Positions 39,363 through 50,874 of a stretch of DNA of 64,000 bases are shown piece by piece. Position numbers and translations under genes: made by a program. The first letter of the stretch is position 1. Each line of letters begins with the position of its first letter. Source of the stretch: Paraphysomonas bandaiensis (lineage: Eukaryota > Protista > Chrysophyceae); contig CBFFRP010000430.1 in NCBI GenBank assembly GCA_965644295.1, forward strand, positions 186,001-250,000. The letters run 5' to 3'. The notes under the pieces are model-generated. The model was not told the origin of the DNA and ran no database searches. It saw only the letters and a list, made by a program, of their open reading frames with translations.

Positions 39363-41953
39363 TTACGATTTAAATTCAGATACTGCGGTAGTTCTAAGTT
39401 TCTTTTTGAAATATCCATTGGTTTTTCTAAATGATCCTGACGCTGACAAACCTATTTTCCTTATCTTTTGTCTTTCGTTTTTGGGCAGTTGTGCGACTGG
39501 CTTCTTGCTGGAATCATCGTTCTTCTTGTCTACAGCACCGCGGCTGCGTTTGCTTTTTGCAGACAATGAATAAACTTCATCTCTGTTTCTCTTCTTTGTT
39601 TTTTCACTTGCTATTACCTCTTTCGAAAATGCTCCATTAAATATCTTTCCGATAACGTCGTCATGGTTGCGAAGTGCGGAAGGACTCTCACGTAATCCAA
39701 AACACTTGGCCACATGACCCAAATGTAATGACTGAACTTTAAATATTCCCTTCGCATCCGAGGAATGCGTAGCATACGCTCGAACAAAAGAACGAAACGA
39801 CTGCCTTGCGGCATCCAAAAGATAACGGTTCTTCAGCACAGTGGACTCTACCCGTCGCTGTAAAATGACAGCAGTCATTTCATCAACATTTTTAAACTTG
39901 CCTGACCCGGGAATCTGGGAGGAAGACTCCAGGAAAAGGTTTTGTAGAGACAGAGGGCGCGGTGCCATGCCGTGTGACTGCAGCAGCTGTAAGTACTGCG
40001 CCTCGGAGGGCAATAAGAAAATGACAGCACTTCCCCCTTGACCCCTTCGTGCAGTACGTCCAATGCGGTGCACGTAGTCCGTGGTCTCACATGGTGGGTC
40101 ATACTGCACGATCCAGTCCACACTCGGCAGATCTAGACCTCTCGCGGCAACGTCAGTGCAGAGCAAAACACCTTTAGAGGCATTACAGAACTTTTTGTAC
40201 ACCTGTTGCCTCGATCGTTGGGGAACATTTCCATGTAGACGGTACATATTGCACTCCTTACCAAATATGCCTGTAAAGGTATACTCTAGCGGATCGAGGT
40301 AGTGGTCCGATGTATCGGTCTTGGTCTTTGGAGTCCCACCTGTGGAATCTCCGCTAGAAGAATCTGCTATAGGAGCATCCAGCTCAAGGGGCCACTCAGT
40401 GTTGTGCATCAACAATGCGTGATAGTCGACAGAGTCACATGTGGCGAAGAAGACCATCACCTTCTCATGGGAGTGTAGCCGCAAGAAACTCAAGAGCGCA
40501 GCCAGCCTCCACTTACAGGTGACCATCATAAAATATTGTGCCAGCTGCTCTGGAGCTTCCATCATCTCACCCTCATCCAAACCACCTCGCTTTTTCTTTG
40601 GTCCTACTTCCTCTTCCACTACCCCCTGCACAGCTCCAGTGCCGCCGTCCAGCCGGCCCGTGTCTTTGCCAAGAGCAAGGAGGTCAGTAAGATCGTTCAC
40701 TGGCTCCACGCTTTGACGCTCTGCATCCACCACAAGAAACCCACGTCCACCCATCACAGGCATCGCCAAGTGCTACGAAGTATGAATTATTCACACAAAA
40801 TTACACAACTAAAGCACACCTTCACTGCCTTTGTGAGAGTCGCCGACGCCATGAGGAACGAGAGCTTAGAAATGTCGGTACAGACCTTTGATTGGTGCAA
40901 AGACTGCTGTTGCCACTTGTGTTGCAGGTTATTTCTAGCCTCACTGGGCGCTGTTCCTTCTGCTACTTTGAGTCCAGGAAGCTGTGTACCAATAATAACG
41001 CTACAAATTTCCAAGATAGTCTGCTCGAACCCCATGTCAAGTAGCCGGTCCGCCTCGTCCAACACAAACCAACGCAGGTGGTTGAGGTTGAAGCTCTCCG
41101 TTGCCCTAACATGATCGAGGAATCGTCCTGGCGTACCAATAAGCACTGATATTCCCTTTCGCAGACGTGCCTTTTCGCTTTTACGTTTCTCTCCACCAGT
41201 GATGGAGCCACCTACAATCCAGACGCAGCACTTAGTGAGAAGTTCTAATACATCTGCTATCTGAGCACAGAGCTCTCGGGTAGGAGCTAAAACGACAGCG
41301 TAGGTTCCGTCCGCTCGACTAACCGCAGGAGACATGGTCATCAGGTCATTGATTACAGGTATTAGGTATGCCAGAGTCTTCCCAGATCCTGTCTCAGACT
41401 TCATGAGAATATTCTGCTTTTCTTCTAAAGTGGGAATCACAACACTCTGTACGCGTGTGGAGGACAGAAGTCCCATACCCCCTTTCTCTCGTGGACTTTC
41501 TAGGTGACTTACTAACCGTTTATCTAAGTTGAAAGATGAAAAAGCAGTGCGAGTAAATATGTGAGAGCTTCCCACTGACATCGCAGGACGTTTTAATGCA
41601 TTCTTGGATAAATCTCTTGGTTTAGCATGAAATTGCATTGGGTCCTCTTCTATAGTTAATGTATGATACTTCTCGTTAGCAGGTTTCGGTACGACAGGCG
41701 GCTCAATAGACTGTGACTGTATTTTTTTGACCTTCTCAGGCTTCTTCTCAGTCTTCTTGACATCACTATGGGGTGGTTTACTGTCTCTCTTGTTGTTATT
41801 AATAATATTAATTGACTTTTGTTTAATATTCTTTTCAGGACGATTTTCATGTATATTTATGGGTTTAAGAGAGGGTTTGGGAGGACTGGGGAGGGTCTCT
41901 GTGGTAGAGGGTTCCCCGAAGTTGATATTCAGCTCAAAATCATCATCAAGCAT
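39363..41953 (-). CDS. DBP7: DEAD-box RNA helicase DDX31/Dbp7
   Basis: SETGSGKT, PTREL, GGEKRKSEKARLRKG, DEAD, SAT, HRIGRTAR and FVRAYATH. One intron at ~40770-40819. Confidence 0.93.
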
Positions 41954-42274
41954 GGTGTATATATGTAATAAAGGTGAATTAAGTATATATGTATGATATA
42001 TAGAGTTCTGGACTTCTTGTATATGTATGTCTAGATGTGTGTAGTACTCTATCCTCAGCCAATGAACATACACCTCCTGTGTGGGTGACCTCACTATACT
42101 ATAGTATAGCAGTACATTCGTACACAGGTACACAATGACCATATGATAAAATCATATATACGCTGCTGTATTATTGTATACGGTGTCCATAATAAACAAA
42201 AAAAATACTGCAATATCACAGAATCGAACCTACGATAATATAATACATTTATATATTCAATACACTCTCGACAT

Positions 42275-42296
42275 GTTTGAGCTTCGGCTCATCAGT

Positions 42297-42328
<32 letters not shown>

Positions 42329-42384
42329 GGCCCCTGGGCAAGGATGACACGCATAAATCGAGAAGATGTATCAAAGTTTTTTTT
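42275..42384 (+). ncRNA. U6: U6 spliceosomal snRNA
   Basis: 5' hairpin TGAGC-TTCG-GCTCA, AAAATTGGAACGATACAGAGAAGATTAGCATGGCCCCTG.GCAAGGATGACACGCA core and oligo-T end. Confidence 0.96.
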
Positions 42385-42409
42385 TCATTTTTTACTACAA
42401 TGCTACCTA

Positions 42410-42490
42410 CTATCTTATGGAATCTCCTGTACAATCTTATCCTATGAAATCTCCTGTACAATCTTATCCTATGAAATCTCCTGTACATCA
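42410..42490. repeat. ~28-bp tandem repeat (about 3 copies) downstream of U6
   Basis: CTTATCCTATGAAATCTCCTGTACAAT repeated. Confidence 0.85.
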
Positions 42491-42681
42491 TAGATGTACC
42501 TATAGAGTGACCCCATATCCTATTCTTATACGTATATTTTCTGTACACAGCTACCTATAAGAAGATACGACTCGTCAAGAGATCCTACATACATATAAGA
42601 ACAGACCAACTCCATCAATACACACCACCTCAATACAATTTAAACATCATTATAATCAGATTCTATTAAACTTCATTACAT

Positions 42682-44424
42682 ATGAAATTTACTGCATTCA
42701 TTACTATTCTTATTGCTATATTAGCTGTATATTTCAAGACTGAATTATATGCAGCAGCTGTCGCATGTACCATCCAAATATCTCTATATGCAAACAATTA
42801 TTTCTTTTTATCTCTATTTTTTAATGGATTCACACCTGAAAACTCACATTTTCCATCTTTAAATATGGGAAATCATAATATATTAACTATGAAATGGATA
42901 TACGTATTCAGATATATGTTTAAAGACCAGTTCTTTATGTCATCTCTTGCTGATGAAACACTTACTGATATTGAGACACGTCTACATAAACAATTTAATG
43001 ATAATGGATGGAATATAAGTACCTTCAGTGAAGTCCCTGTACCTACAATACAATGGGGAGATATCAGCCCTGAAGAGTTTCATTCCAACTACGTTGTTCC
43101 TGGTGTGCCTGTTATTCTCAAGAATGTTCCAACATCTGCAAGAGAACTATGGTCACCTGAGTTCTTTGCATCTAATTATGGAGAACATGAAATTGATGTT
43201 GTGAATACTATTACACAGTCTGTATTGCGGATGAATATGTCCCGATACGTGGATGCCCATCGTTCTGATACCGATCCTGAACGTGGGACGGACACGTGGT
43301 ATATTCGCGCTCTCAGTGACATATTCGACGTGTACCCGGTGAGTATTTACAAGCTGAATATGCACACTGTGATGAAAATTCTATATGATAGGAGCTGTCT
43401 GAGCAAGTTAACCCCCAGCAATTCGGAGAATATCTCAAATCTCGATTTATTACCTCCCAGATATTCATGGGGATGGTACAATCATCGGGAACATCTTATC
43501 ACTGTGCGAATTTCAACAACCTTTTCTTCCAGGTCAGCTAGTTTGGTGACTTGTCAATGTATTATAACTGCATTTTTGTCTATACAATATAGATACAAGG
43601 TCGGAAAAAGTGGACGTTCGTGTCACCACAGTACAACGCACTAATGGTATGCACTACTTCGCTCGACGGTTGATACTGAACTTATTTTTGTCTCACAGTA
43701 CCCCATGTTCAATGAAAAATCTATGGATGTGGCATCTTTTGTCACCACGGTAGCACTGGGATCAGACGATATTATGAAGTCTCACTTCCCTCTATACCAG
43801 GTATTGACCTCATGTTGTGATGTTGTGATAGTGATGCTCCTAACCTTGGTCCACAGTATGCTCCTAAAATGACTGCTGTCCTTGAGCCTGGGGATGTACT
43901 AATGAATCCTCCAGTAAGTCTAATTGCCTCTGCGATTGTTTCCTAATTAACTATGTTTCATTTGCTGCAGTGGCAATGGCACATGATTGAGAATTTGGAA
44001 CCGGTGTCAATTGGAGTGGCGACGCGATGGTTCCTTTCCCCTGGTCAGAAGTATCAAAACGCGGTGCACTCGACCTTACAATTTCTTAGTCCTTATATAT
44101 GGTATTTATTCGTATTTATATGAGTGACATCTCACTCTAGACCTGTGGTGACCGGTTTGCTAAATTTGAACATTCTGTGCCACAACATTCATAACATATA
44201 TATCCCATGATAATTAGGTTTATGTATTTGCATACTTTAATTTATGACGATATCACAGGAATCTGTATTACTCTAAGATACTCAATCTGGAGCGTGGAAT
44301 TAGGGCACACAAAGCCTCGAACACACCTCCTATGGACGAGAGATTTAACTTTGGTGTCAAGGGATCTGCTGCCGCATATCGACCGAAAATATTTCCAGCT
44401 AGCGTGTACAAGTCGAGCATGTAG
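42682..44424 (+). CDS. JmjC/cupin-8 Fe(II)/2-oxoglutarate enzyme with N-terminal signal/anchor and H-C-A...H metal motif
   Basis: FHSNYVVPGVPVILKN, IFMG...GTSYHCANFNNLFFQ|IQGRKKWTFVSP and LEPGDVLMNPP|WQWHMIENL across seven exons. Confidence 0.85.
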
Positions 44425-45238
44425 TTGGTGGAAGTGATCCGTTCTTGGTTTCACTTACATGAGCTGATATGGAATTCACTTCGTATTTATCAATTATACA
44501 CACTCTTATATGACAGGTATGACAATGAAATGCACTCTATACTTAAATCACAACTTCGAGCCTATCTCTCAAATATTTCACGAAGTCTTACATTCCAACA
44601 AACCATCAAACATGCCATTTTTATTCTAATGTTTCTGCAACAAAGCACAAGACCTGGTATTTAAGTAAGTTTAGCTACTGATTTGTAAGTTCTTGCTTTC
44701 ACTGGAGATTATCTTTTAGTCTAATCCTAATCTGAACATCACATAATTACATAATTTGAACATCTATATAACTCTTAACTGGAAGGGTTTTATCCCCACT
44801 AATTTACTACGGTATCATTTTTTCTCGAGTACATTCACCTTCGCTATTAATGGCGTTGATATGGAGTTTTATTCTGCATCAAGTATAGGAACTAGAATAT
44901 ATCATTTACAGATCCCTACGAAATACCAATATAAATATAATATTATTCTTTTAGAGCGAAAGTGGGTGCACCCTGGTGATTGCGGTGACGCACAATAGTA
45001 GTATATCAGAGTTAAGCACTAGTTTGTTAACTTGCAATGCTACATTAGTTCTGACTCTTAAACGCTTATTGCTAATAACCAGACATCCACAACTATTATT
45101 CGGGACCAGGAAGACAAAATTACATTTGTAGTATTATAAGTGTAATGAATATTTTTACTTTCATTTCAAATGATCCTATTTATATACATCTCTAATACCT
45201 ATTTTACTGGCTCCAGGGATAAATGCCACTCTCTCCAC

Positions 45239-46681
45239 CTACGATATATCAAGCTCACTGATTCGGAGAAAACGGTGGTAAAGAATAGGACTTCTTGTCG
45301 CAAACTCTTCAGGGTTTTCAGCATAAGCTAATATTATCGCATCCACAGCGGAACGAAATCCATGCAGCACAAGAGACACGCATGCGTAAGAAAGAGCAAA
45401 ACACTCCATAAAAAATAATGGCCACATTGGTTCAAGTCCCTTAGTCTCGATCGACGCGACAGCGATAAGAATAGCCGACAGTGCTATGGCGCACCATGAT
45501 GCGATCATCTTAAGCAGGAAACTCGTTGAATCTAGAGCAACTATATCCACTATATCGGGGTACTTGTTGGTAATGGTATTGGAAGCCTTATGCAGCGTGT
45601 GGCCGTATGTACCGATAGAGCAATGTGCGAGACGGTGGTGGCTGCGGGCAAATGGCTCGACAGTACTCCGGATAAGGAGGATAACCCGAGGGGCACAGCA
45701 ACTCACTATAGCGGATATATGCCCGTACGACCGCAGCCTCCACTGTAGTACAGTCATTGTGGAAAGCACACCCTGGCTCGGTGGTACTAGCAGTGCTGCT
45801 TTGCACACAGAACCCATACATGGCGAGATAGCGCACCGCAGATACAACAATACTTGATTCACGCAGTCATTGCGCCGGTATACGACATTGTTGTTCCTGA
45901 CAAAAGTCCATAAATAGGCACTAGAAACAATTGTTCCGAGAAATGAGTGAAAAAATTGAACAATCCAGTACAGAAAAAACATCATCACTATTATGAGAGC
46001 TACACCTTGAGCAATGCTGACCTCTGATATCAGGTAAACAAACAATACCCCCCACCATAGTAACACAAACATTTGCACCAAGACGACTACAAAACAAACA
46101 AGAGGAAGCATAGAATCAAAGTAATCGAGAATTTCGATGGCCAAGTCCAAAAGAGACATCGTTGAATTCAGATTCTCTTTAGCGTGTTGGAACCTTAGTG
46201 AATCCCATACAATTGAAAGAAGTATTCCAACACCAACGACCCAATAATCGGTCCAGATAAATATACTACCAACGCATAATTTCACAATAGCGGATAAGTA
46301 TATTGCTGACGAGAAAAGAGAGTCCCGAACCCACCCAGGATACACCGTCACGCAATACAATGCAACCCCAGAAAAACTAGCTAGCAATGGAGCGATCATT
46401 ATCATGGATGCCCAATTTCCGGCATATTTCGAAGATATCAACGATTGAGAATACGCAGTTTTCCGAATTAAACATGACAACAATATCATGACAACAAAAA
46501 TAGTGCCAAATGCAAATGTATATAAACCATCGCGTCTCTGTGAAGGGGGCTTCGATATTGGAGCCGAGCTATAGTTGCCAATAGCATGACCAGATGGTGT
46601 GGATGGTTGTATAGTTTCATCTTCATTATGATCATGGTGGGTGTCTTCAGTAGTAGCAACTTGAGAATACTGCATCATCAT
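45239..46681 (-). CDS. Choline-transporter-like (CTL/SLC44/Pns1) multi-pass membrane protein
   Basis: RRDGLYTFAF start, ~10 TM segments, MGSVCKAAL, IGTYGHTL and SAVDAIILAYAENP. Single exon. Confidence 0.75.
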   Translation of the reverse strand: MMMQYSQVATTEDTHHDHNEDETIQPSTPSGHAIGNYSSAPISKPPSQRRDGLYTFAFGTIFVVMILLSCLIRKTAYSQSLISSKYAGNWASMIMIAPLLASFSGVALYCVTVYPGWVRDSLFSSAIYLSAIVKLCVGSIFIWTDYWVVGVGILLSIVWDSLRFQHAKENLNSTMSLLDLAIEILDYFDSMLPLVCFVVVLVQMFVLLWWGVLFVYLISEVSIAQGVALIIVMMFFLYWIVQFFHSFLGTIVSSAYLWTFVRNNNVVYRRNDCVNQVLLYLRCAISPCMGSVCKAALLVPPSQGVLSTMTVLQWRLRSYGHISAIVSCCAPRVILLIRSTVEPFARSHHRLAHCSIGTYGHTLHKASNTITNKYPDIVDIVALDSTSFLLKMIASWCAIALSAILIAVASIETKGLEPMWPLFFMECFALSYACVSLVLHGFRSAVDAIILAYAENPEEFATRSPILYHRFLRISELDIS

Positions 46682-46874
46682 TATATATATATATGTATAT
46701 GTCACAGCACAGTCAAATTACTCTACTACTGAGGGGAATGATAGAAGAGAAGGTGCTCAACCTCCTTAGAGTGATAGCCGGTGAGAGTAGAGTTTATCGG
46801 GTAATAGCGAGTGCATTGGGAGATAATACTCATATACTCGATGGCATATCCCCGCTAATACAGTATACGGCAGC

Positions 46875-47193
46875 TGTATGTATGTATGTATGTATGTATG
46901 TATGTATGTATGTATGTATGTATGTATGTATGTATGTATGTATGTATGTATGTATGTATGTATGTATGTATGTATGTATGTATGTATGTATGTATGTATG
47001 TATGTATGTATGTATGTATGTATGTATGTATGTATGTATGTATGTATGTATGTATGTATGTATGTATGTATGTATGTATGTATGTATGTATGTATGTATG
47101 TATGTATGTATGTATGTATGTATGTATGTATGTATGTATGTATGTATGTATGTATGTATGTATGTATGTATGTATGTATGTATGTATGTATGT
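46875..47193. repeat. Perfect (TATG)n microsatellite, ~79 units
   Basis: Directly visible. Confidence 0.98.
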
Positions 47194-47271
47194 GGTATAT
47201 TCATGCACTCATGCAATCAATTGTGTTCATATACTGCAGCTCTCCATCCTATATTAATACATAACCACAGG

Positions 47272-49165
47272 ATGCTGCGCTATCATCGTATTGCAAAATC
47301 AGCTACTCCCTGCCGTCGTTTTCTAAGCATCGGAACAGGAAGATCACCCAATGAGTCCAGTGGTGGATGGATATTAATCCCCACACTTGCAGTGTCAACA
47401 GCATTCGGCACTGCATATATGATTGAACATAAACATATTAATGAAGAAATTTCTGAGAAATTACGGTTTCTTGAACCAATACAGAAAGTGTTACGTGATG
47501 CTGGATATGGCAGACATGTTAATCATGAGCCTGTTAATGTGGAGAAGGAGTCAGAGGCTGATGATGAACATAATAAGCAAGTGAATGATCAGATCAATGC
47601 TGAATTGACGGAGTTAGAAAATGCTGTGGCAGAAGATATTGAATCTGAACCCGTTCAAGAGCAGGAAGAACAATCTACTGATTCGGATGACACTGATGCT
47701 GTGTCAACTCCCGATGATGTTGATGCTTCCCCTCAGAATCAGCACGAGAATGAAGAACAAAATCAGCAGGATTCAGCCACAGAGGAGCAATCGGAGGAGA
47801 CTGTTCCTGAGCAAACAGAAAATGTTGATGAGGAAAATGTAGCTCCATCTACTGACAACTCTTCATCCACCGCTGTCGCAGAGGAAGCGAAAGTCGTGGA
47901 GGAGCCCGTTTCAAAAAAGGATGCCGAAGTCGCAACAGAGAATAGCAAACCAGCAACTGATGCAGAACGCCTACTTGCTCTGCGCGTGTCTGCACTGGAG
48001 GAAGTGTTAGGCAAGGCAGCGCGCGACGCAGCTGATCTCCGTGGGGAGACAGAGCGCACATTGATTCGGGACCTGGAAGAGCTTGACACTGCAGCTCTCC
48101 GTTACCGCATCGCCCAGCTGACTACAGAGTTCTTTGATCGTGTCAAATGGGAGGGCGCCAGACAACAGCAAGCACTTAAGGAGGCTGAAGCTCTCTTCGC
48201 TCAGCGATACGGAGAGTTACTATCACAGCAGAGAGGTGAATTAACTGTGGAGATGGAGCGCCGCGTACTGGAAAAGGAACGAGAGTTGATGAATGTCTAC
48301 CAGCAGAAGCAAGAAGAAATACAGCTATCGTACGAGAAGCGTCTGCAGGAGGCGCTATCTACCCAAGCGGAGAAACTGTCTCGGGGCACCAAGGAGGAAG
48401 TGGAGAAGCGAGAAGCAGAGCTCAGGGCGGAGCTAACCGATGAACACACTCACGAGTTGGCGATGCTAAAGGAGCGTCACGTAAAGTCCCTTCTTGAGGT
48501 TCAGAACGAGGTCACTGCAAATAATGCTCAGCTTGCGGCCCTGCGAGATGTAGTAGATCAGGAATTCGGGCGCACTACTGTATCGTCATCCTCGCACGCT
48601 CTCTCAGCCGCTGTTCTCATGGCTGAGTCCGCGCTACGTTCTTCTTCTTCCGCCAAGAAAGAGCTCGAGGCACTAAGAGTTTATGCGGGAGGTAAACTGG
48701 TTTATTTTTATAAATGTCGCTGACTCTGTAGTTTTAGGCGATGAGCTAATTCTTGCAGTTGTGGACTCCCTACCTCGCGCGGCTTTCACCACCGGTGTAC
48801 CCAACCTCCCCATCATCAAGGCCCGCTTTAGCGTTGCCAAAGAGGAGGCACGTAAAGCAGGGCTTGCTCCAGAGGGCGCCCCACCAATGTTGGGACAGAT
48901 GATTGGCACAGCTTTAGCATATCTGTCTTTTGAGCCCACAGCTCCGGTGCAAGGGGAGGGAATCGAAGCAGTTTTGTCCCGTGCCGCTTCGCATGTTGAT
49001 GTTGGAGATCTGCAGCTAGCCCTTGAGGAGATCGACAGTATCAAAGGCTATCCGCGAACTCTGTTGAGAGATTGGGAGGCGATGGTGCGAGATAGGCTTG
49101 TCGCAGATCAAGCGGCCAAGGCTTTACGAGCTGCTGCGTCAATTAAACACGCTCAGTTTATTTGA
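47272..49165 (+). CDS. MIC60: MICOS subunit Mic60/mitofilin
   Basis: Presequence plus one TM, acidic linker, coiled coil and C-terminal mitofilin domain (VLSRAASHVDVGDLQLALEEI...RDWEAMVRDRL). Intron at ~48692-48737. Confidence 0.88.
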
Positions 49166-49755
49166 CTTATTCAATTTTAGCTGAGTATGGTCTTATTGCT
49201 TACGTCGTAGTTGTTTGGAGATGATTTTACTCTATTGGAACGCAGTATTGTAATTGCACACTAGGTATTTGTACACAGAATAAAGTCAATCAAGTTTCAA
49301 TTCTTGCTGATAAATTTTGAGATAGAGTGCTAGAATATAGAATACCACTCAACATTTGAAGTAAGATAACTGAACGCTGAGAGCATCACACTCAATTAAT
49401 CATTAATTATACACTGTTATAAACTACAAGTATCAAGTACTAAATTAGATTATTTAATTAATTAACTTCAAGAATTTTATTTGCTAGCGACTACAGAAAT
49501 TACCAACATAGTAGTATTTCTGCGAGATCATAGTCTAGCCACAGTATATTGCCGTATCATTGACGGCATTGTGAATTTGAATGTAACCGTACTAACAAGT
49601 AATTAGAAACTATCCTTGCCATACTAAAAGGAAATTAGACATTAGACAGCAACGAAAATAAAGTGAAGTAGGTCTAGTATATTGAAAAGTCGAAATACGA
49701 CAACTTGATTAACTTATATCAATCACTACATTGCAATCTAGATGCAAATACACGT

Positions 49756-50223
49756 CTAAGAACGAAATTTCCCCCAAATGTGAAGTATCACAACTAATCC
49801 AATGAAAATGAGGGAGCATGCGAGGACAGTAGTCGGGCCACTGTATATTACGATGATGTATGTAAGAAAATCTAATAAAACTCACTTACATTTTGAATCC
49901 AGGAGCATCATCCGTGTAAAAGCGAAGGATTCCTTATATATATGTAATCATACGTACCATTCCAGTAATAATTAAATTACCTTGAGAGCTCTGTTGCGCA
50001 GCACGAGATGATGTATTCTCTCCCTCTGGTTTTGCTGCAGGACTATATGTATATGTAATAAAGGTCATTACTATATATACAGTATACTACCGTCTTCGTA
50101 GAGCTGATTGGCCTGCAGGCCCCTTTGGAGGACCTGGACGTGATGATGAAGGGTCAGATCCAGCTAATCTAGGCTGTATATTGAGTTAGATTAGAAGATG
50201 ATGTGATTGTAGGTACGTACCAT
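49756..50223 (-). CDS. SEC61B: Sec61 translocon beta subunit
   Basis: Five coding exons, the first only ATG: ...ALRRR...[42 protein letters not shown]. Not in the ORF track. Confidence 0.92.
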
Positions 50224-50329
50224 TATTATGGTGGGTTATATGGGGTGGACTTAGGTGAGTATGGTATAGTTATCTCCTGTGAAGAGCCTCATACTGTGAT
50301 CATATATAGGCATCCACACATACCTATGT

Positions 50330-50650
50330 ATACCCACACATATACATACTGCTGTGTACCTACCTACCTACCTACCTACCTGCATACATACATACCTACA
50401 CATACAGACCTACACACACATACATACTCTGTACGTAGATATATACATACAGACATTCACACATACTGCTGTACATACAAACAGCAGTGTACATATCTAC
50501 CAACATACTCTGTACATACGTACATACATGCATGTAGATGCAGTACAAACATACTGCTATGTAATCTCTGTGTATATCCCACAAAAAACTATACAAAAAA
50601 CATGCATATCTACCAACATACTCTGTACATACGTACATACATGCATGTAG
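50330..50650. repeat. TACA/CATA/CCTA-rich low-complexity region in divergent promoter
   Basis: Directly visible, with a duplicated CATATCTACCAACATACTCTGTACATACGTACATACATGCATGTAG block. Confidence 0.85.
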
Positions 50651-50874
50651 TTTGGAAATAACGTATAGATAACAGTTGGTCCTACAGTACAGCCATCACA
50701 CACATATGACGTGCACTCTGCATAGTACATGATCATTCACTGCTTTCTCAGCATTGTGTCATAATTTATTAAATATATGCTTTGAAAATATCATCAACAT
50801 TGATTCTTTTGCAAAGTATTGATTGGTGAATGTGATTATATATAAGGAGATTGCATAGTACAGTGTTATCATAT

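Noticed and set aside
42325-42350. U6 ISL loop GGGCA instead of GCGCA as a sign of pseudogene
   Set aside because: Still fits a GNR(N)A pentaloop. ACAGAGA, AGC and the terminator are intact.
46693-47271. N-terminal YVCM-repeat extension of the 676-aa ORF and overlapping HTYI ORFs
   Set aside because: Artefact of a stop-free (TATG)n microsatellite. Mic60 plausibly starts at ATG 47272 with a presequence.
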